A stretch of 63,942 nucleotides of DNA, counting the filler. It is 4 parts of 4 records of this genome, joined end to end, with 100 filler letters (N's around TTAATTAATTAA, not from the genome) between each part and the next. Parts side by side here need not be neighbours in the genome. Positions count along the whole stretch, not along the records: positions 26,710 to 43,363 come from SRR20825019_682; 3 more parts are not named here. One strand, given 5' to 3'. The translations under genes and the position numbers were made by a program. This document shows positions 30,927 to 41,154 of this stretch, piece after piece (position 1 is the first letter of the stretch; each line of letters begins with the position of its first letter). The notes beneath the pieces are model-generated. The model searched no databases and was not told the origin of the DNA. It saw only the letters and a list, made by a program, of their open reading frames with translations.

Positions 30927-32206
30927 AGAGCGCTTTCTACCAAAGCCGCTACGCCCATGCCACCTGCCGTACACACCGAAATCAGTGCTTTCTTGTTGGC
31001 CTGGTTCGACAGCATCTTGGCCGTCAGGCCCAGAATGCGCGCGCCGGTTGCCGCAAAGGGGTGGCCATAGGCCAGGCTCGAGCCCTTCACATTGATCCTG
31101 GCCGGGTCGATTTCTCCCATCACGCTGTCGCGCCCGAGAACGTCCTTGCAATAGGCCGGATCCTTCCATGCCTTGAGCGTGCACAGCACCTGCGCCGCAA
31201 AGGCTTCGTGCAGTTCGAAATAATCGATATCGTCAAAACCAATGCCAGCTTTGTCCAGCATTTCGGAAACCGCGATGGTCGGCGCCATCAGCAGGCCCTC
31301 ACCATGGGCGAAGTCATTGCCGGCCACGCGGCCCGTGGTCAGGTACGCCAGGATCGGCAGGCCACGCGCTTTCGCCCAGTCTTCGCTGGCCAGCAACACC
31401 CCGGCCGCGCCATCGGTGAGTGGCGTCGAATTGCCGGCAGTCAGCGTGCCGTGGCCGCTCGCCCTGTCGAAGGCGGGCTTGAGCGTGCTCATCTTGTCCA
31501 GATTGGCATCGGCGCGGACATTATTGTCCCGCACCAGCCCGGCGCAGGAGACCAGGAGGTCATCATGGAACCCCTCGTCATAGGCCGCCGCGGCATTGCG
31601 ATGGCTGGCCACGGCCAGCGCATCCTGATCCTTGCGGCTGATGCCCCATTCGCGGGCCATCAACTCGCAATGTTGGCCCATGGACAGGCCGGTACGCGGC
31701 TCGTTGACCGAAGGGGCCACCGGAGTCAGTTCGCCAAAGGAAAAGCCCTTGAAGGCGCCCAGCTTCTGGCCCGTCGTTTTAGCGGCATTGGCATTGAGCA
31801 GACGGTGCTGGAATTTTGGCCCAAAGACGATGGGGCTGTCCGAAACCGTATCCGAGCCGGCGGCAATGCCGCTCTCGATCTGGCCCGAGGCGATCTTGCC
31901 GGCCAGCACCAGCGCCGCCTGCAGGCTTGTGCCGCAGGCGATCTGCATGGTGGTGCCGGGGGTGCGGGGGCTGAGGCCCGCATCGAGCAGGGCTTCGCGG
32001 GCAATGTTGAAATCGCGCGAATGGTTGATCACCGCACCGGCAATCACCTCATCCACTTTTTCGCCCTTGAGGCCGAACTTGTCGGCCACCCCGCCCAGCA
32101 CCGTGCCGAGCATGGACAGATTGGTTTCATCCGCATAGGCGGTGCCGCCGCGGGCAAAGGGGATGCGGGCCGAGCCGACAATGGCAACGCGCTTGAGTTC
32201 AGTCAT
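30923..32206 (-). CDS. fadI: Acetyl-CoA C-acyltransferase (FadI-type thiolase)
   Basis: IACGTS (catalytic Cys), HEAFAAQ, GHPFAATG, CTAGGMG; start MTELKR with AGGAG RBS. Confidence 0.92.
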   Translation of the reverse strand: MTELKRVAIVGSARIPFARGGTAYADETNLSMLGTVLGGVADKFGLKGEKVDEVIAGAVINHSRDFNIAREALLDAGLSPRTPGTTMQIACGTSLQAALVLAGKIASGQIESGIAAGSDTVSDSPIVFGPKFQHRLLNANAAKTTGQKLGAFKGFSFGELTPVAPSVNEPRTGLSMGQHCELMAREWGISRKDQDALAVASHRNAAAAYDEGFHDDLLVSCAGLVRDNNVRADANLDKMSTLKPAFDRASGHGTLTAGNSTPLTDGAAGVLLASEDWAKARGLPILAYLTTGRVAGNDFAHGEGLLMAPTIAVSEMLDKAGIGFDDIDYFELHEAFAAQVLCTLKAWKDPAYCKDVLGRDSVMGEIDPARINVKGSSLAYGHPFAATGARILGLTAKMLSNQANKKALISVCTAGGMGVAALVESAL

Positions 32207-32222
32207 TTGTGTTGTTCTCCTC

Positions 32223-34184
32223 TTACGCGCGGCCATCGGCACGGGCCTTCATCGGCCCACCCAAGAAGGGAGCAAAGCCGGTACCCATAATGACGCCGAT
32301 ATCGGCCAGCTCGGGCGACGCGACGACGCCTTCGGCAACCACCACTTCGGTCATGTCGACCAGCGGCTTGACCAGTTCCTTGCCCAGGCCCGCCAGATCA
32401 GGATGGGAGGGGGTTTCGCCCTTTTGGGCCTTGCCCTTTTCCCATTTGTAAAAGCCTTCGCCGGTCTTGCGGCCGAGCTTGCCTTCGGCGATCAGCCTGG
32501 CAAACTTGCTGTCGGCCGGAATATCGTGGCCCAGTTCGGTGGCGACCGACTTGCCTACGTCGAGACCCACCGTATCCATCAATTCGATCGGGCCCATCGG
32601 CATACCGAAGGCGACGGCGGCGGCATCGAGCAATTCCTTGCTCTCGCCTTTTTCCACCCGCTCCACGGCGCCCAGCATGTAGGGCATCAGCACGCGGTTG
32701 ACGAGGAAGCCGGGCGCGGACTTTACCACCACCGGCGACTTGCCGATGGCCTGGGCAAAGCTGGCGCCCTTGCCGATCTCCTCATCGGAATTGAAGGCCG
32801 AACGGATCACCTCGACCAGCGGCAACTGCGCCACCGGATTGAAGAAATGCAGCCCGATCAGCCGGGCCGGGTCCTTCAGTGCCTCGGCGATGCGTTCCAG
32901 TTCGATGGAGGACGTATTGGTAGCCAGGATCGCGCCGGGTTTGAGCTGATCCTCGATTCCAGAAAAGATCTTCTGCTTGATCTCGAGCTTTTCCACCACG
33001 GCCTCGATGATGACATCGGCGCGGGACACGCCGGTGCCCTTGGGGTCGGCGACAAGGCGCAGCATGGCGGCATCAACCTCGCGCTTCTTCTTGTAGCGCT
33101 TGCTGAACAGCTTCTTGGCCCGATCGAGTGCCGGCTTGATCCGTTCCATGTCGAGATCCTGCAGCGTCACGCTCATGCCGCGATAGGCGCACCAGGCAGC
33201 GATATCGCCGCCCATGACGCCCGCCCCGATGACATGCACGCGGGAGAATTTCGCGCCCTTTAGGCCCTGTTTCTTGAGGCCTTCGGAGAGGAAGAACACG
33301 CGTCTGAGATTGCCGGCGGTGGGTGAGCCCATCAGCGGCACGAAGGCGTCGACTTCGCCGCGGATCATCGCGCGCCAGTCATTGCCATGCTTTTCGAACA
33401 GGGCGATCAGCGCATAGGGGGCGGGATAGTGCTCCTTGCGGGCCTTCTTGCCGGCCTGCTTGCGCATCTGGTTGGCGATGGCTTCGCGCACCAGCGGCAG
33501 GGCAGCCGCCTTCTTGATCGCCGGCGCCTCGCTCGACTTCTTCCTCGTCAGCACGGCCTTGCGGCCTTCCCAGCGCAATTGGTCGCGATGGCGCACCAGC
33601 TTGTCGACGAGATTGAGGCCGCGCGCGGCACCCGCCCGCAGCATCTTGCCGGTGAGCATGATGCCCATGGCGTCGACCGGCCCCGCCTGGCGGATCGAGC
33701 GGCCGGTGCCGCCAAAGCCGGGGAAGATACCCAGGTTCACCTCGGGGAAGCCGATACGGGTCTTCTCGTCATTGACCGCGATGCGGTAGTGGCAGGCCAG
33801 CGCCAGTTCCAGCCCACCGCCGAGGCAGAAGCCGTGAATGCCGGCGACCACCGGCACGGGCAGCGACTCGATGCGGGCAAACAGCGCATGGGTGCGCCGG
33901 AGCGCCTCGGGCAGCACCGAAAAATCGCTCATCGCGTCAAACTCGCTGACATCAGCGCCGGCAATAAAGCCGCTATCCTTGCCCGACAGGATGACTACGC
34001 CTGCCAGTTCGTCGGAACTGGCCAGGTCCTCGAAGCGCGCCACCAGCGTTTCGAGCTCCATAATGGCCTCGCGGCTCAGCGTATTCACCGAGGCCCCGGG
34101 TGTGTTGATGGTCAGCCAGCCGATCTTTTCGAGATCGGTGTGAAAGCGCCAATGTCTGGTTTCGGTTGCCTGTGGGGCGATCAT
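32223..34184 (-). CDS. fadJ: Multifunctional enoyl-CoA hydratase / 3-hydroxyacyl-CoA dehydrogenase
   Basis: FIAGAD, CLGGGLELALAC, GAGVMGG, ATNTSS, HFFNP, PGFLVNR. Confidence 0.93.
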   Translation of the reverse strand: MIAPQATETRHWRFHTDLEKIGWLTINTPGASVNTLSREAIMELETLVARFEDLASSDELAGVVILSGKDSGFIAGADVSEFDAMSDFSVLPEALRRTHALFARIESLPVPVVAGIHGFCLGGGLELALACHYRIAVNDEKTRIGFPEVNLGIFPGFGGTGRSIRQAGPVDAMGIMLTGKMLRAGAARGLNLVDKLVRHRDQLRWEGRKAVLTRKKSSEAPAIKKAAALPLVREAIANQMRKQAGKKARKEHYPAPYALIALFEKHGNDWRAMIRGEVDAFVPLMGSPTAGNLRRVFFLSEGLKKQGLKGAKFSRVHVIGAGVMGGDIAAWCAYRGMSVTLQDLDMERIKPALDRAKKLFSKRYKKKREVDAAMLRLVADPKGTGVSRADVIIEAVVEKLEIKQKIFSGIEDQLKPGAILATNTSSIELERIAEALKDPARLIGLHFFNPVAQLPLVEVIRSAFNSDEEIGKGASFAQAIGKSPVVVKSAPGFLVNRVLMPYMLGAVERVEKGESKELLDAAAVAFGMPMGPIELMDTVGLDVGKSVATELGHDIPADSKFARLIAEGKLGRKTGEGFYKWEKGKAQKGETPSHPDLAGLGKELVKPLVDMTEVVVAEGVVASPELADIGVIMGTGFAPFLGGPMKARADGRA

Positions 34185-34208
34185 GTTCGTTCGGTCCTCC
34201 GTAGCCGC

Positions 34209-34330
34209 GCCCCCGTGGTTCGAGGATCGCTTTGCTCCCGCCTCACCATGAGGGCTATGGGAACACCGGTTTATCGTCAGCCCTCATGCCAAGGAGCCTT
34301 GCACAGCAAGGCCTCGAAAGGCACGAGGGC
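34209..34330. repeat. Pair of oppositely oriented REP-like hairpin elements between fadE and fadJ
   Basis: Minus copy GCCCTCATGGTGAGG..CCTCGAACCACGGGGGC (34209-34255); plus copy GCCCTCATGCCAAGGAG-CCTTGC-ACA-GCAAGG-CCTCGAAAGGCACGAGGGC (34280-34330). Confidence 0.7.
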
Positions 34331-34339
34331 GCCTGTCAC

Positions 34340-36805
34340 CTACTCCGCCGCAGCCCGTTCCTCGGTCGGCTTGAGCACGTCCTGGTCGAAATCATCGACA
34401 TGCACGGCCCGATTGGTGGCTTCGTCGGCGGCCCGCATGATGCCGGCCTCGTTGTCGCTCAACACACCGGCCTCGACCGCATCGGCAATCGCGTCGCGAT
34501 CCAGCCGGCGCTCTATCACGCCACGGCGCGCGGCCTTGATGAACCTGGCTTCGATTTCTTCGGCCTCGGTCACCTTGAGGAAGGCATCTTCCAGAACGCC
34601 CGTCACGTCATTTGGGTCCATCGAGACATAGACACCCGTCGTCAGCCGGTCGCGGAAGGCACCGGGCCGGAGCACGGAACGCACGAAACGATAGTTGACG
34701 CGGTCCGAAGCCGGCCGGGCGTGGCGGCCCAGCGGGAAGCACAGGAACCGCATGGCCCAGGCGAACACCGGATTGGGGAAATTGGCGAAAACCTCGGCGA
34801 ACTTGGCTTCGAGCGAGGCGACCCGATCGGCCATGATGGCCTCGACCAGTTCCTTGTCCTCGGCGATCGCGCCTTCTTCCTCGAAGCGCTTGAGGGTCGC
34901 CGACATCAGATAGAGGTCACCCAGGATATCGGCCATGCGGCCCGAAATCTTCTGCTTGCGCTTGAGCGCGCCGCCCAGCACCACCGTGGTCCAGTCGGCC
35001 ACCAGGGCAAAGTCCTGGGTATAGCGATGCAGGCGCCGGTACCAACGGGCCATCGAGCCTTCATTGGGCGCCGAAGCGAAGGCGCCATTGGTGAGGCCAT
35101 GCAGGAAACTCGCCACGATATTGCGCAGCATGAAGCCGGTATGGCCGCCAAAGGCCGCATCAAACGCCTCGAGCCCGGCTTTTTTGTCCTTGTTCTGCGC
35201 CGCCTGAATTTCCTTGAGCAGATAAGGATGGGCGCGCAGCACGCCCTGGGCAAAAGTCATCAGCGTGCGGGTGAGGATGTTTGCGCCTTCCACCGTGATC
35301 GCCACCGGCAGGGCCTGATAGGCGCCGAACAGATAATTGCCCGGCCCGTCCTGGATGGCGCGGCCACCCTGGATGTCGAAGGCATCATCCATGCTGTCGC
35401 GCATGGCCTCGGTGGTGGTGTATTTCAGCAGGCCCGCGATAACGGCCGGACGCTGGCCTTCATCGACCATCGAGGCGGTAAGGCGGCGTGTCGCCTCATA
35501 CATATAGGCGCGCTTGACCATCTCGCCGAGCGGCTCGGCCACGCCTTCCATGATGCCCACCGGAATGCCGAACTGGCGGCGTACCCGCGCATAGGCAGAG
35601 GTGGCGCGCAGGGTCTGCTTGATCGAGGTGGTGCCGATGGCCGGCAGCGAAATGGCGCGCCCCGTGGAGAGACACTCCATCAGCATGCGCCAGCCCTGCC
35701 CGGCATAATCGGTGCCGCCGATGAGGAAGTCCATGGGCACGAACATGTCGGTGCCGCGCACTGGGCCGTTCATGAAAGCCTGGCGGGCCGGGTAGTGGCG
35801 GCGGCCGATATCGAGGCCGGGATGATCATGCGGAATCAGCGCCAGGGTAATGCCGATATCGGGGCCACGACCGAGCAGATTGTCGGGATCCTTGAGGATG
35901 AAGGCCAGCCCCACAAGGGTGGCGATGGGTGCAAGGGTGATATAGCGCTTGTCGAAGGAAAGGCGCACGCCGAGCACTTCCTGCCCGTTATGCATGCCCT
36001 TGGTGACAATGCCGATATCGCGCATGCCACCGGCGTCGGACCCCGAATGCACCCCGGTCAGCGCGAAGCATGGCACTTCGCGGCCATCAGCAAGGCGATG
36101 GAGGTATTTTTCCTTCTGGGCCGATGTGCCGTATTTTTCCAGCAATTCACCCGGCCCGAGGGAATTGGGCACCATGACGGTGATGCCGGCGGCGACCGAA
36201 CGGCTCGCAATCTTGGAGACGATCATCGACTGGGCCTGGGCTGAAAAGCCCAAGCCCCCATGCTCCTTGGCAATCAGCATGCCCAGGAACCCCTTGGACT
36301 TGAGAAAGTCCCAGAGTTCGGGGCTGAGATCAGCGCGATTGTGGCGAATATCCCAATCGTCGATCATCTTGCAGGCGGTTTCGGTGGGCCCGTCCAGAAA
36401 GGCCTGTTCCTCATCGGTCAGGGTCAGCGGCCGAATGCCGGTCAGCTTGTTCCAGTCCGGACGGCCGGAGAACAGTTCGGCATCCCAGCCCACGGTACCG
36501 GCATCGAGCGCTTCCTGTTCGGTGCGGCTGACCTTGGGGAGGATGGATTTGACAGCGCCGTAAATCGGCGTGGTGAGCACGGCCATGCGGATCGGCTTGA
36601 CCGAAAGCACCAGCAGGAGGGCGCCGAGGACGATCAACACCCAGGAGAACCAGCCCAGGCCATAGACCGCGCCGGACTGGGTGAAGTCGAGCCCCGAGAC
36701 CACGCCGATCACGACCAATGCTGCACCCCACTGCCAGAGCGGGCTTTCCCGCATGGCCAGAGCACCAAACGCCACCAGACTGATCGCAACCAGCAACAGG
36801 GTCAT
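34340..36805 (-). CDS. fadE: Long, membrane-anchored acyl-CoA dehydrogenase
   Basis: N-terminal TM helices, TEQEALDAG, VPNSLGPGELL, CFALT..SGSDA, ITVEGANILTR, C-terminal DUF1974-type tail; start MTLLL after GAGGAGG. Confidence 0.93.
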   Translation of the reverse strand: MTLLLVAISLVAFGALAMRESPLWQWGAALVVIGVVSGLDFTQSGAVYGLGWFSWVLIVLGALLLVLSVKPIRMAVLTTPIYGAVKSILPKVSRTEQEALDAGTVGWDAELFSGRPDWNKLTGIRPLTLTDEEQAFLDGPTETACKMIDDWDIRHNRADLSPELWDFLKSKGFLGMLIAKEHGGLGFSAQAQSMIVSKIASRSVAAGITVMVPNSLGPGELLEKYGTSAQKEKYLHRLADGREVPCFALTGVHSGSDAGGMRDIGIVTKGMHNGQEVLGVRLSFDKRYITLAPIATLVGLAFILKDPDNLLGRGPDIGITLALIPHDHPGLDIGRRHYPARQAFMNGPVRGTDMFVPMDFLIGGTDYAGQGWRMLMECLSTGRAISLPAIGTTSIKQTLRATSAYARVRRQFGIPVGIMEGVAEPLGEMVKRAYMYEATRRLTASMVDEGQRPAVIAGLLKYTTTEAMRDSMDDAFDIQGGRAIQDGPGNYLFGAYQALPVAITVEGANILTRTLMTFAQGVLRAHPYLLKEIQAAQNKDKKAGLEAFDAAFGGHTGFMLRNIVASFLHGLTNGAFASAPNEGSMARWYRRLHRYTQDFALVADWTTVVLGGALKRKQKISGRMADILGDLYLMSATLKRFEEEGAIAEDKELVEAIMADRVASLEAKFAEVFANFPNPVFAWAMRFLCFPLGRHARPASDRVNYRFVRSVLRPGAFRDRLTTGVYVSMDPNDVTGVLEDAFLKVTEAEEIEARFIKAARRGVIERRLDRDAIADAVEAGVLSDNEAGIMRAADEATNRAVHVDDFDQDVLKPTEERAAAE

Positions 36806-36945
36806 CGCCCACATCCTCCTCTTGCAACGCTGCCCCATGCTGGTGCAACGCCGTCTTCAACCAAATGCCGGACCGCCACGAAGGTTTCGACCCGCTACCC
36901 CTCGCCGAGCGCAGCTTAGCGCCACGACAGGGACTTGTTGAAGAC

Positions 36946-36973
36946 AGTTTACTCAGATTGACGCATACGTCAA
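36946..36973 (-). promoter_or_regulatory. fadE promoter overlapped by LiuR box
   Basis: Palindrome TTGACG-CATA-CGTCAA (36958-36973); minus strand reads TTGACG-16 nt-TAAACT. Confidence 0.75.
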
Positions 36974-37030
36974 CTAGATGCCGATAGGGGTCGCGCCAGG
37001 CCGGAACTGGCCAAAGTCTTGGGCAGCCAA

Positions 37031-37059
37031 TTGACGCTAACGTAAACAAGTGTGATAGT
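37031..37059 (+). promoter_or_regulatory. fadD promoter overlapped by LiuR box
   Basis: TTGACG-CTAA-CGTAAA (37031-37046); TTGACG-17 nt-GATAGT. Confidence 0.72.
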
Positions 37060-37172
37060 TTCGCGATGATGACAGGACAGGCGCCACAAGAGCGCCGGGG
37101 CGGGAAACGCGCCACTGCATCCAATAATGGGAACGCCCGTTTGTCTGTTTCAGGCATTGGGAGGAGATATCA

Positions 37173-38888
37173 ATGGACACGCCAGCCACCAGCAATGACG
37201 GGCTTCGCCCCTGGATCGCCAGCTATCCCGAGGGCATTGTCTGGGACGACAAAATCGACACATCCCCGGTGCATGAACAAGTTCTGGCCGCCTGTGCCAA
37301 AAACCCGGGCGCCATGGCCCTGGACTTTCTGGGCGGCACAACCAGTTTTGGGGAGCTGGCCGAAAAGATCGTCGCCTTTGCCGGGGCGCTGCAAAGCCAG
37401 TTCGGTGTGACCAAGGGCACGCGCGTCGCCCTGATGCTGCCCAATACGCCCTTTTACCCGATTGCCTATTATGGCGTGCTGCGCGCCGGCGGCACGGTGG
37501 TCAATTGCAACCCGCTCTACACCGTATCCGAGCTGGGGCACATCACCGCCAATGCCGGCGCCGACATCATGGTGACGCTGGACCTGCAGCAGATCTTTGA
37601 AAAAGCCGAGGCCCTGCTCGCCGCCGGCCATGTCAAGAAACTGGTGGTGGCGCATTTTCCCAATGCCCTGCCGCTGGTCAAGAAAATCCTGTTCTCGGTC
37701 GCCAAGCGCAAGGATCTGGCCCACCCCGGCCGCTCGGCCCATGCCGGCGTCATCACCAGCTTCGAAGACCTGCTTGCCCGCAAGGACTCGCCGACGCCGG
37801 TCACCATCGATCCGGCAACCGACATTGCCGTGCAGCAATATACCGGCGGCACCACCGGCATTCCCAAGGGGGCGCTGCTGACCCACGCCAATATCGCGGC
37901 CAATATGAGCCAGATCGATAAATGGGGGTGCGGGCTGTTCTACCCGCCCTCCAAGGTGATCGCGGTCCTGCCTTTCTTCCACATCTTCGCCATGACCGTC
38001 TGCATGAACGTGCCGCTGTGCAATGGGACCCCGGTGATCATGCTGCCGCGCTTCGAATTGAAGGCCCTGCTGGGCATCTTCAACCGGACCGGCGCCAATG
38101 TGCTGCCCGCCGTGCCGACACTGCTCAGCGCCCTGGCGCGGGCCGACGCCGTCACCCAGGCGCAGATCGAAACCCTGGAAGTCGCCATTTCCGGTGGCGC
38201 CGCCCTGCCCGACGAGGTGCGCCACGCCTTCTCCAAAAAGTCCAAGGCCCTGCTGGCCGAAGGCTATGGCCTGACCGAAGCCTCGCCCGTGGTCTGCTGC
38301 GCGGCGCTGCGCGTACCCTCCAAGCCCATGTCCATCGGCCTGCCATTGCCCGGCACCGATATCCGCTTTGTCGATGTGGATTCAGGCAAGGTGGTCGGCA
38401 TCGGTGAAAATGGCGAATTGCAAGTCAAGGGCCCGCAAGTCATGGCGGGATATTACGAGAACCCGGAAGCCAGCAAGGACGCCTTCATGGATGGATGGCT
38501 GCGCACCGGCGATGTCGGCCATATGGATGAAGACGGCTACGTGTTCCTGGTCGATCGCATCAAGGACCTCATCATCTGCTCGGGTTTCAATGTCTATCCG
38601 CGCACCATTGAAGAGGCCATCATGACCCATGAGGCCATCGACGAGGTCAATGTCATCGGCGTGCCGGATGAGTATCGCGGCGAAGCGCCGGTGGCCTTCG
38701 TCAAGCTCAAGGAGGGGAAATCGGTCAGCGAAGCGGACCTCAAAACCTTCCTCGCCGAAAAGCTCAACAAGATTGAAATGCCCCGCCAGATCATTTTCAA
38801 GGATGCCTTGCCCAAGACCCTGATCGGCAAGCTGTCCAAGAAGGAGTTGCGGGAAGAATACGCTCAGATGAAAGCCGGAAAATCGTGA
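37173..38888 (+). CDS. fadD: Long-chain-fatty-acid--CoA ligase
   Basis: QYTGGTTGIPKGA (AMP-binding), EGYGLTEASP, GWLRTGD, PKTLIGK; GGAGGAG RBS. Confidence 0.94.
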   Translation: MDTPATSNDGLRPWIASYPEGIVWDDKIDTSPVHEQVLAACAKNPGAMALDFLGGTTSFGELAEKIVAFAGALQSQFGVTKGTRVALMLPNTPFYPIAYYGVLRAGGTVVNCNPLYTVSELGHITANAGADIMVTLDLQQIFEKAEALLAAGHVKKLVVAHFPNALPLVKKILFSVAKRKDLAHPGRSAHAGVITSFEDLLARKDSPTPVTIDPATDIAVQQYTGGTTGIPKGALLTHANIAANMSQIDKWGCGLFYPPSKVIAVLPFFHIFAMTVCMNVPLCNGTPVIMLPRFELKALLGIFNRTGANVLPAVPTLLSALARADAVTQAQIETLEVAISGGAALPDEVRHAFSKKSKALLAEGYGLTEASPVVCCAALRVPSKPMSIGLPLPGTDIRFVDVDSGKVVGIGENGELQVKGPQVMAGYYENPEASKDAFMDGWLRTGDVGHMDEDGYVFLVDRIKDLIICSGFNVYPRTIEEAIMTHEAIDEVNVIGVPDEYRGEAPVAFVKLKEGKSVSEADLKTFLAEKLNKIEMPRQIIFKDALPKTLIGKLSKKELREEYAQMKAGKS

Positions 38889-39277
38889 CCAACACGCCGC
38901 CCGACAGCCAGGACCTCTTCGCCATTGCCGAACTCGCCCGCGAATTCGGCATCTCGACCCGCGCCATCCGCTTCTACGAATCCAAGGGCCTGCTCTCGCC
39001 CGAACGGGTCGGTGCCACCCGTATCTTCCGCAAGCGCGACCGGGCCCGGCTGATCCTGATCCTGCGCGGCAAGCGCCTCGGCTTCACCTTGCGCGACATT
39101 TCCGACTATCTCAGCCTTTATGACGCCGACCGCAACCAGCAGGTGAGCCTGTTGGCCGACAAGGTCGACGAGCGCCTGGCCCTGCTCGAGCGCCAGCGCG
39201 ACGATCTCGAGACCACGATCCGCGAGCTGCGCCAGATCAAGCAGCTGGCCCAGGATCGGCTGCAGAAGGCGGGTTAA
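38885..39277 (+). CDS. liuR: MerR-family regulator, LiuR-like
   Basis: IAELAREFGISTRAIRFYESKGLLSP, RDRARL.LILRGKRLGF; GTGA overlap with fadD; cognate-looking boxes upstream. Confidence 0.8.
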   Translation: MTNTPPDSQDLFAIAELAREFGISTRAIRFYESKGLLSPERVGATRIFRKRDRARLILILRGKRLGFTLRDISDYLSLYDADRNQQVSLLADKVDERLALLERQRDDLETTIRELRQIKQLAQDRLQKAG

Positions 39278-39585
39278 CGCTCCCCGCGCCCCTTGTGGTT
39301 CCTGGTCATCAGATCTGGCTTTTTCGGCTTCACCCAGCCCTTGGGGGGCTGCCGCAAGGGGGCGTTGGATCCCAGGCCAATCTGCCCGGGTGGCGCCTGC
39401 CCCACCACCACGCGCACCGCCTCGCCATCTGCATCGCGCACTTCGGTGGCCTCGCCATATTCGCCGCGGAGCCGGGCGATCTCGTCACGCAGGGCGGCCG
39501 CTGTTTCGAAATCGAAGGCCGCAGCGGCTGCGTCCATCTGCTTTTCCAGCGCCACCAGGCGCTGATGATTGGTCCGCGATGACAT
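39274..39585 (-). CDS. Small UvrB/UvrC (UVR) motif protein
   Basis: LEKQMDAAAAAFDFETAAALRDEIARL is a UVR coiled coil; Pro/Lys-rich tail PPKGWVKPKKPDLMT; starts 3 nt after the ligase stop. Confidence 0.8.
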   Translation of the reverse strand: MSSRTNHQRLVALEKQMDAAAAAFDFETAAALRDEIARLRGEYGEATEVRDADGEAVRVVVGQAPPGQIGLGSNAPLRQPPKGWVKPKKPDLMTRNHKGRGER

Positions 39586-39588
39586 CGC

Positions 39589-41154
39589 TCACCCCACAAA
39601 TGCGTCCATGTCCTCAAGCCGTGCCGCCTCGGCGGCCGGCTTGTCCCATCGTATCCGATTGATGCGCGGAAAGCGCAGCGCCACGCCCGATTTGTGCCGC
39701 GCACTTTTCTGCGCACTGTCGAACGCCACCTCGAACACCAGTTCCTTCTTCACTTCGCGCACCGGACCGAAACTGCCGATCGAATTGGCCCGGATCCAGC
39801 GGTCGAGCTGCTTCAATTCCTCATCGGTGAAGCCGAAATAGGCCTTGCCGATGGGCACGATCTCATTGCCCTTCCACACCCCGAATGTGTAGTCGGAATA
39901 AAAGGACGAGCGCTTGCCATGCCCGCGCTGGGCGTACATTAGCACCGCATCGACCACATTGGGATCGCGCTTCCACTTGAACCAGAACCCCTTGGGTCGG
40001 CCCGGCACATAGGGCGCAGTGCGCAACTTGAGCATCACACCTTCATGGCCGTGGCTTTCCGCCCCCTGCCGACGCAAGCTGGCGACATCGTCCCAGGCGG
40101 CAAAATCGAGCACCTCGGAGAGATCCAGCCGGGTCTGCGGATTTGCCGCGAACCAGCTTTCCAGCCGCGCCCGCCGGGTGGCCCAACCCAGCGCCCTTAT
40201 GTCCTCGTCGCCATCAAACAGCATGTCATAGACCCGCACGAAGCCGGGCAGCTCGGCCATTTGTTTTGTGCTGGCCACCTTGCGATTGAGCCGCTGTTGG
40301 AGATCGTTGAAGCTGCGCGGCGCGAAATCATGTCCCACCAATAATTCGCCATCCAGCACCGCCCGCCCCATGGCCGCTTCGACCACATCTGGAAAGCTCT
40401 GGGCGATGTCGTCGCCCGTGCGCGAAAACAACGATGCGCCCTGCTCACCCAGGACGAGTTGCACCCTTATGCCGTCCCATTTCCATTCGGCGGCGAAGTC
40501 ACGCGGATCGAGTTTTGCAAAGTCACTCTCCTCGATCGGCGTGGACAGCATCAGTGGATGAAACCGCGCCGTATGATCCACTTCCGGCCGCCCGGCCTTG
40601 CCCTCCAGCCAGGCGAACAATTCGGCATAAGGGGGCTTCAATCCATGCCAGACCTCTTCGATGGCCTGCAGCTCCACCCCGCTCATCTCAGCCAGTGCCG
40701 TCTTGGCAAGCCGCGCCGACACACCAATCCGCAGCGCGCCGGTGGCCAGCTTGATCAGCGCCCAGCGCTCATGGATCGCGGCTTGCGTCAGCAGGCCACC
40801 TATGACCTTGGGCAGCTCCGCCTTGCTGGTGGTGTTGAGCAGATCGACCAAGGCGCTCAGCCGCGGCAACTCACCAGTCCCGTGATGCGGCCAGATCAGC
40901 GCAATGGTTTCGCCCAGATCCCCGACATAGTCATAGGAGAGCGCAAACAGCGTCTCGTCGACTTGGGCCAAAACGGTTTGTTTGAGCAGCGCCGGTTTGA
41001 CATTGGCAATGTCGAGTTCTCCGGTCAGCACCGCCAGCGCAAGGCCACGATCCGGGTCCGGCACCTCGGCGAAATACTGCGCCAGCGCCGCGATTTTTCG
41101 CGTGCGCGAGGGCGTAAGAGCGAGGAGTTCGAGCAGGTCGGCAAATCGTTTCAC
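39589..41154 (-). CDS. ATP-dependent DNA ligase (ligase-associated DNA damage response type)
   Basis: EWKWDGIR (KxDG adenylation motif), LDGEL, EGVMLK, WFKWK, YAQRGHGKRSS, ALRFPRI..IRWDK. Confidence 0.93.
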   Translation of the reverse strand: MKRFADLLELLALTPSRTRKIAALAQYFAEVPDPDRGLALAVLTGELDIANVKPALLKQTVLAQVDETLFALSYDYVGDLGETIALIWPHHGTGELPRLSALVDLLNTTSKAELPKVIGGLLTQAAIHERWALIKLATGALRIGVSARLAKTALAEMSGVELQAIEEVWHGLKPPYAELFAWLEGKAGRPEVDHTARFHPLMLSTPIEESDFAKLDPRDFAAEWKWDGIRVQLVLGEQGASLFSRTGDDIAQSFPDVVEAAMGRAVLDGELLVGHDFAPRSFNDLQQRLNRKVASTKQMAELPGFVRVYDMLFDGDEDIRALGWATRRARLESWFAANPQTRLDLSEVLDFAAWDDVASLRRQGAESHGHEGVMLKLRTAPYVPGRPKGFWFKWKRDPNVVDAVLMYAQRGHGKRSSFYSDYTFGVWKGNEIVPIGKAYFGFTDEELKQLDRWIRANSIGSFGPVREVKKELVFEVAFDSAQKSARHKSGVALRFPRINRIRWDKPAAEAARLEDMDAFVG

